DNA of 23,294 nucleotides from a virus (Duplodnaviria; Heunggongvirae; Uroviricota; Caudoviricetes): IMG/VR virus record IMGVR_UViG_2579778702_000001; one strand, 5' to 3'. Shown piece by piece: positions 17,972 to 23,294 of this stretch (position 1 is its first letter; each line of letters starts with the position of its first letter). The notes under the pieces were generated by a model. It saw only the letters and a program-made list of their open reading frames with translations, ran no database searches and was not told where the DNA came from. The position numbers and the translations under genes were made by a program.

Positions 17972-18577
17972 TTACACTGGTGTGTTCAGCAAATCGTTAA
18001 CGGCATCAGATGCCGGGTTACCTGCAGCCAGCGGTGCCGGTGCACCCTGCATCAGACGATCCAGCGCAGTATCACTGCGCGCCTGTGCACTCTGTGGTGC
18101 TGCGGCCAGAATGCGGCGGGCCGTTTCCACGGTCATACCGGGGGTTTCAGCCAGCACGCGGGCCTGTTCTTCGCGTCCGTGAGCCTCCTCACAGTTGAGG
18201 ATCCCCATAATGCGGCTGTTTTCTGCCGCAACTGCTGCGGTGATCTGCGCGTTCACGTCCGGCTGCGCCGCGCTGGCGTTTTCGCCCTCCGTCGCTTGCA
18301 CCACGCCAGTAACGTCAGCCTGCGAAGCAGTGGCTGAAACAGTTGTTGATTGAGTCTCTTTGGTCATTCGCCCTCCTGAGAGACGGGATTTACGTGCATC
18401 CAGTGCATCACGCATGACGGTGATCGCATCGGTACTGTTAACAAGTTCATCAGCCAGTCCGGCATCAATGGCCTCCTGACCGCTATACACTGCAGCCTCG
18501 GTATCCAGCACAGCCTGCACGGACAGGCCGGTATATGCCGACACCTTCTGTGCAAACATCCGGCGGGTTGCATCCAT
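17972..18577 (-). CDS. nu3: scaffolding protein Nu3, in-frame internal start within C
   Basis: Met239 of C (MDATRRMFAQKVSAYTGLSVQ...) gives a 201-aa product ending at the same stop, as for the nested nu3 gene of lambda (606 nt). Confidence 0.75.
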   Translation of the reverse strand: MDATRRMFAQKVSAYTGLSVQAVLDTEAAVYSGQEAIDAGLADELVNSTDAITVMRDALDARKSRLSGGRMTKETQSTTVSATASQADVTGVVQATEGENASAAQPDVNAQITAAVAAENSRIMGILNCEEAHGREEQARVLAETPGMTVETARRILAAAPQSAQARSDTALDRLMQGAPAPLAAGNPASDAVNDLLNTPV

Positions 18578-19271
18578 CCGGGACTGCAATGTTTCCCGGA
18601 CATCATCCGGTAGATGGCTGTAGGGGTTGCCATCCACCTTATGGCTGCCGCTGTAAATCAGCGTGATTTCCACGCCCTGTTTCTCCAGGGCAGCACCGTA
18701 ATTACTGTGAGCCATCATGACGCCGATGGAGCCTGTCCGGGCGGTCTGCGTGACCAGACGTCGGGAGGCGGCGCTGGCAAGCAGCTGACCTGCACTGCAG
18801 TTCATGTCGTTGGCCAGCGCCCATACCGGTTTTATGTCACGCACACGGGCGATGATGTCAGCGCAGTCAAATGCCCCCGCCACCATTCCGCCTGGCGTGT
18901 CCATATCGAGCAGAATGCCGTCCACCATCGGGTCGCTGGCAGCCTGTTGCAGACGGGCGATAATGCCGTTGCAACCGGTCATCCCCGAGTACGGCTGCAG
19001 CGCCCGCGTCCGGCTGACCAGCGTGCCGGACACCGGCAGCACGGCGATGCCGTTCATGACCTGATAACTGCGGGCCTGTCGTGGTCCGTCATCATCACCG
19101 GATAATGCCAGCGTCGCGAGTGCCTCCTGGGCAGTCAGGCTGTCGCCGGACACCGCATCCGTCAGGCGGCTGATCCCAAGCTGGCCTGCAAGCGCACAAA
19201 AGAAAACCCGCGCATAGGCGGGTTCAAGCATCAGCGGCTCATTAAAGGCCATGCTGGCAATATGCGGGAGA

Positions 19272-19291
<20 letters not shown>
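17972..19291 (-). CDS. C: head maturation protease / scaffold protein C, GTG start
   Basis: 439 codons from a GTG at 19291 (V/M-TAELRNLPHIASMAFNEPLMLEPAYARVFF...). The 1320-nt length and the 20-nt overlap with the B stop both equal lambda's C gene. The track's longer 488-aa ORF would overlap B by 167 nt and was rejected. Confidence 0.88.
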
Positions 19292-22972
<3,681 letters not shown>

Positions 22973-22998
<26 letters not shown>

Positions 22999-23294
22999 TC
23001 AGCAACCCCGGTATCAGTTCATCCAGCGCGGCTGCTTTGTTCATGGCTTTGATAATATCCCGTTTCAGGAAATCAACATGTCGGTTTTCCAGTTCCGGAA
23101 AACGCCGCTGCACCGACAGGGGGATCCCGTCGAGAATACTGGCAATTTCACCTGCGATCCGCGACAGCACGAAAGTACAGAATGCGGTTTCCACCACTTC
23201 AGCTGAGTCTCTGGCATTCTTCAGTTCCTGTGCGTCGGCCTGCGCACGCGTAAGTCGATGGCGTTCGTACTCAATAGTCCCTGGCTGGAGATCT
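22973..23294 (-). CDS. nu1: terminase small subunit Nu1, C-terminal ~106 codons only; N-terminus and cos lie beyond the right edge
   Basis: The frame is open to the window edge and ends ...AEVVETAFCTFVLSRIAGEIASILDGIPLSVQRRFPELENRHVDFLKRDIIKAMNKAAALDELIPGLLSEYIEQSG*, which is the C-terminus of lambda Nu1. The track's 74-aa ORF is only its internal-start tail. Confidence 0.9.

Noticed and set aside
16742-18337. Plus-strand ORFs antisense to E, D and C (16742-17452, 17615-18337)
   Set aside because: Same reasoning: spurious frames opposite highly conserved capsid genes.
23289-23294. Window ends in AGATCT (BglII site) inside nu1
   Set aside because: Probably just a fragment or cloning boundary and not a biological feature. 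cos and the nu1 start lie further right, outside the window.

Overview
This window is the reverse complement of the left (morphogenetic) arm of a lambda-like phage or prophage. All genes of interest run on the minus strand, from a 5'-truncated nu1 at the right edge through to the tail tip: nu1(partial)-A-W-B-C/nu3-D-E-FI-FII-Z-U-V-G/T-H-M-L-K-I-J-lom-stf-tfa. Gene order, lengths and overlaps match phage lambda as I recall it; no database search was run, so identities rest on recalled lambda protein sequences plus the supplied ORF translations. The head and tail-shaft genes look essentially lambda-identical, while the tail-tip end is mosaic: the distal third of J is diverged, lom has an aberrant C-terminus, and stf is an intact 934-aa side tail fibre with a non-lambda C-terminal part. 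The most interesting feature is at the left end: a 26-bp sequence inside stf that closely matches Gin/Hin/Cin/Pin invertase crossover sites, followed by tfa, an inverted tfa paralogue on the plus strand, and the tail end of a second fibre-tip cassette at positions 1-93. This is the layout of a Mu G-segment / P1 C-segment / e14 P-segment type invertible host-range switch; the partner site and the invertase gene would lie left of position 1, outside the window. No rRNA, tRNA or CRISPR array was recognised. Coordinates I located by hand (sites, hairpins) may be off by 1-2 nt, because my reading of the printed sequence disagreed by one base with the ORF track around 2040-2270; I trusted the track.
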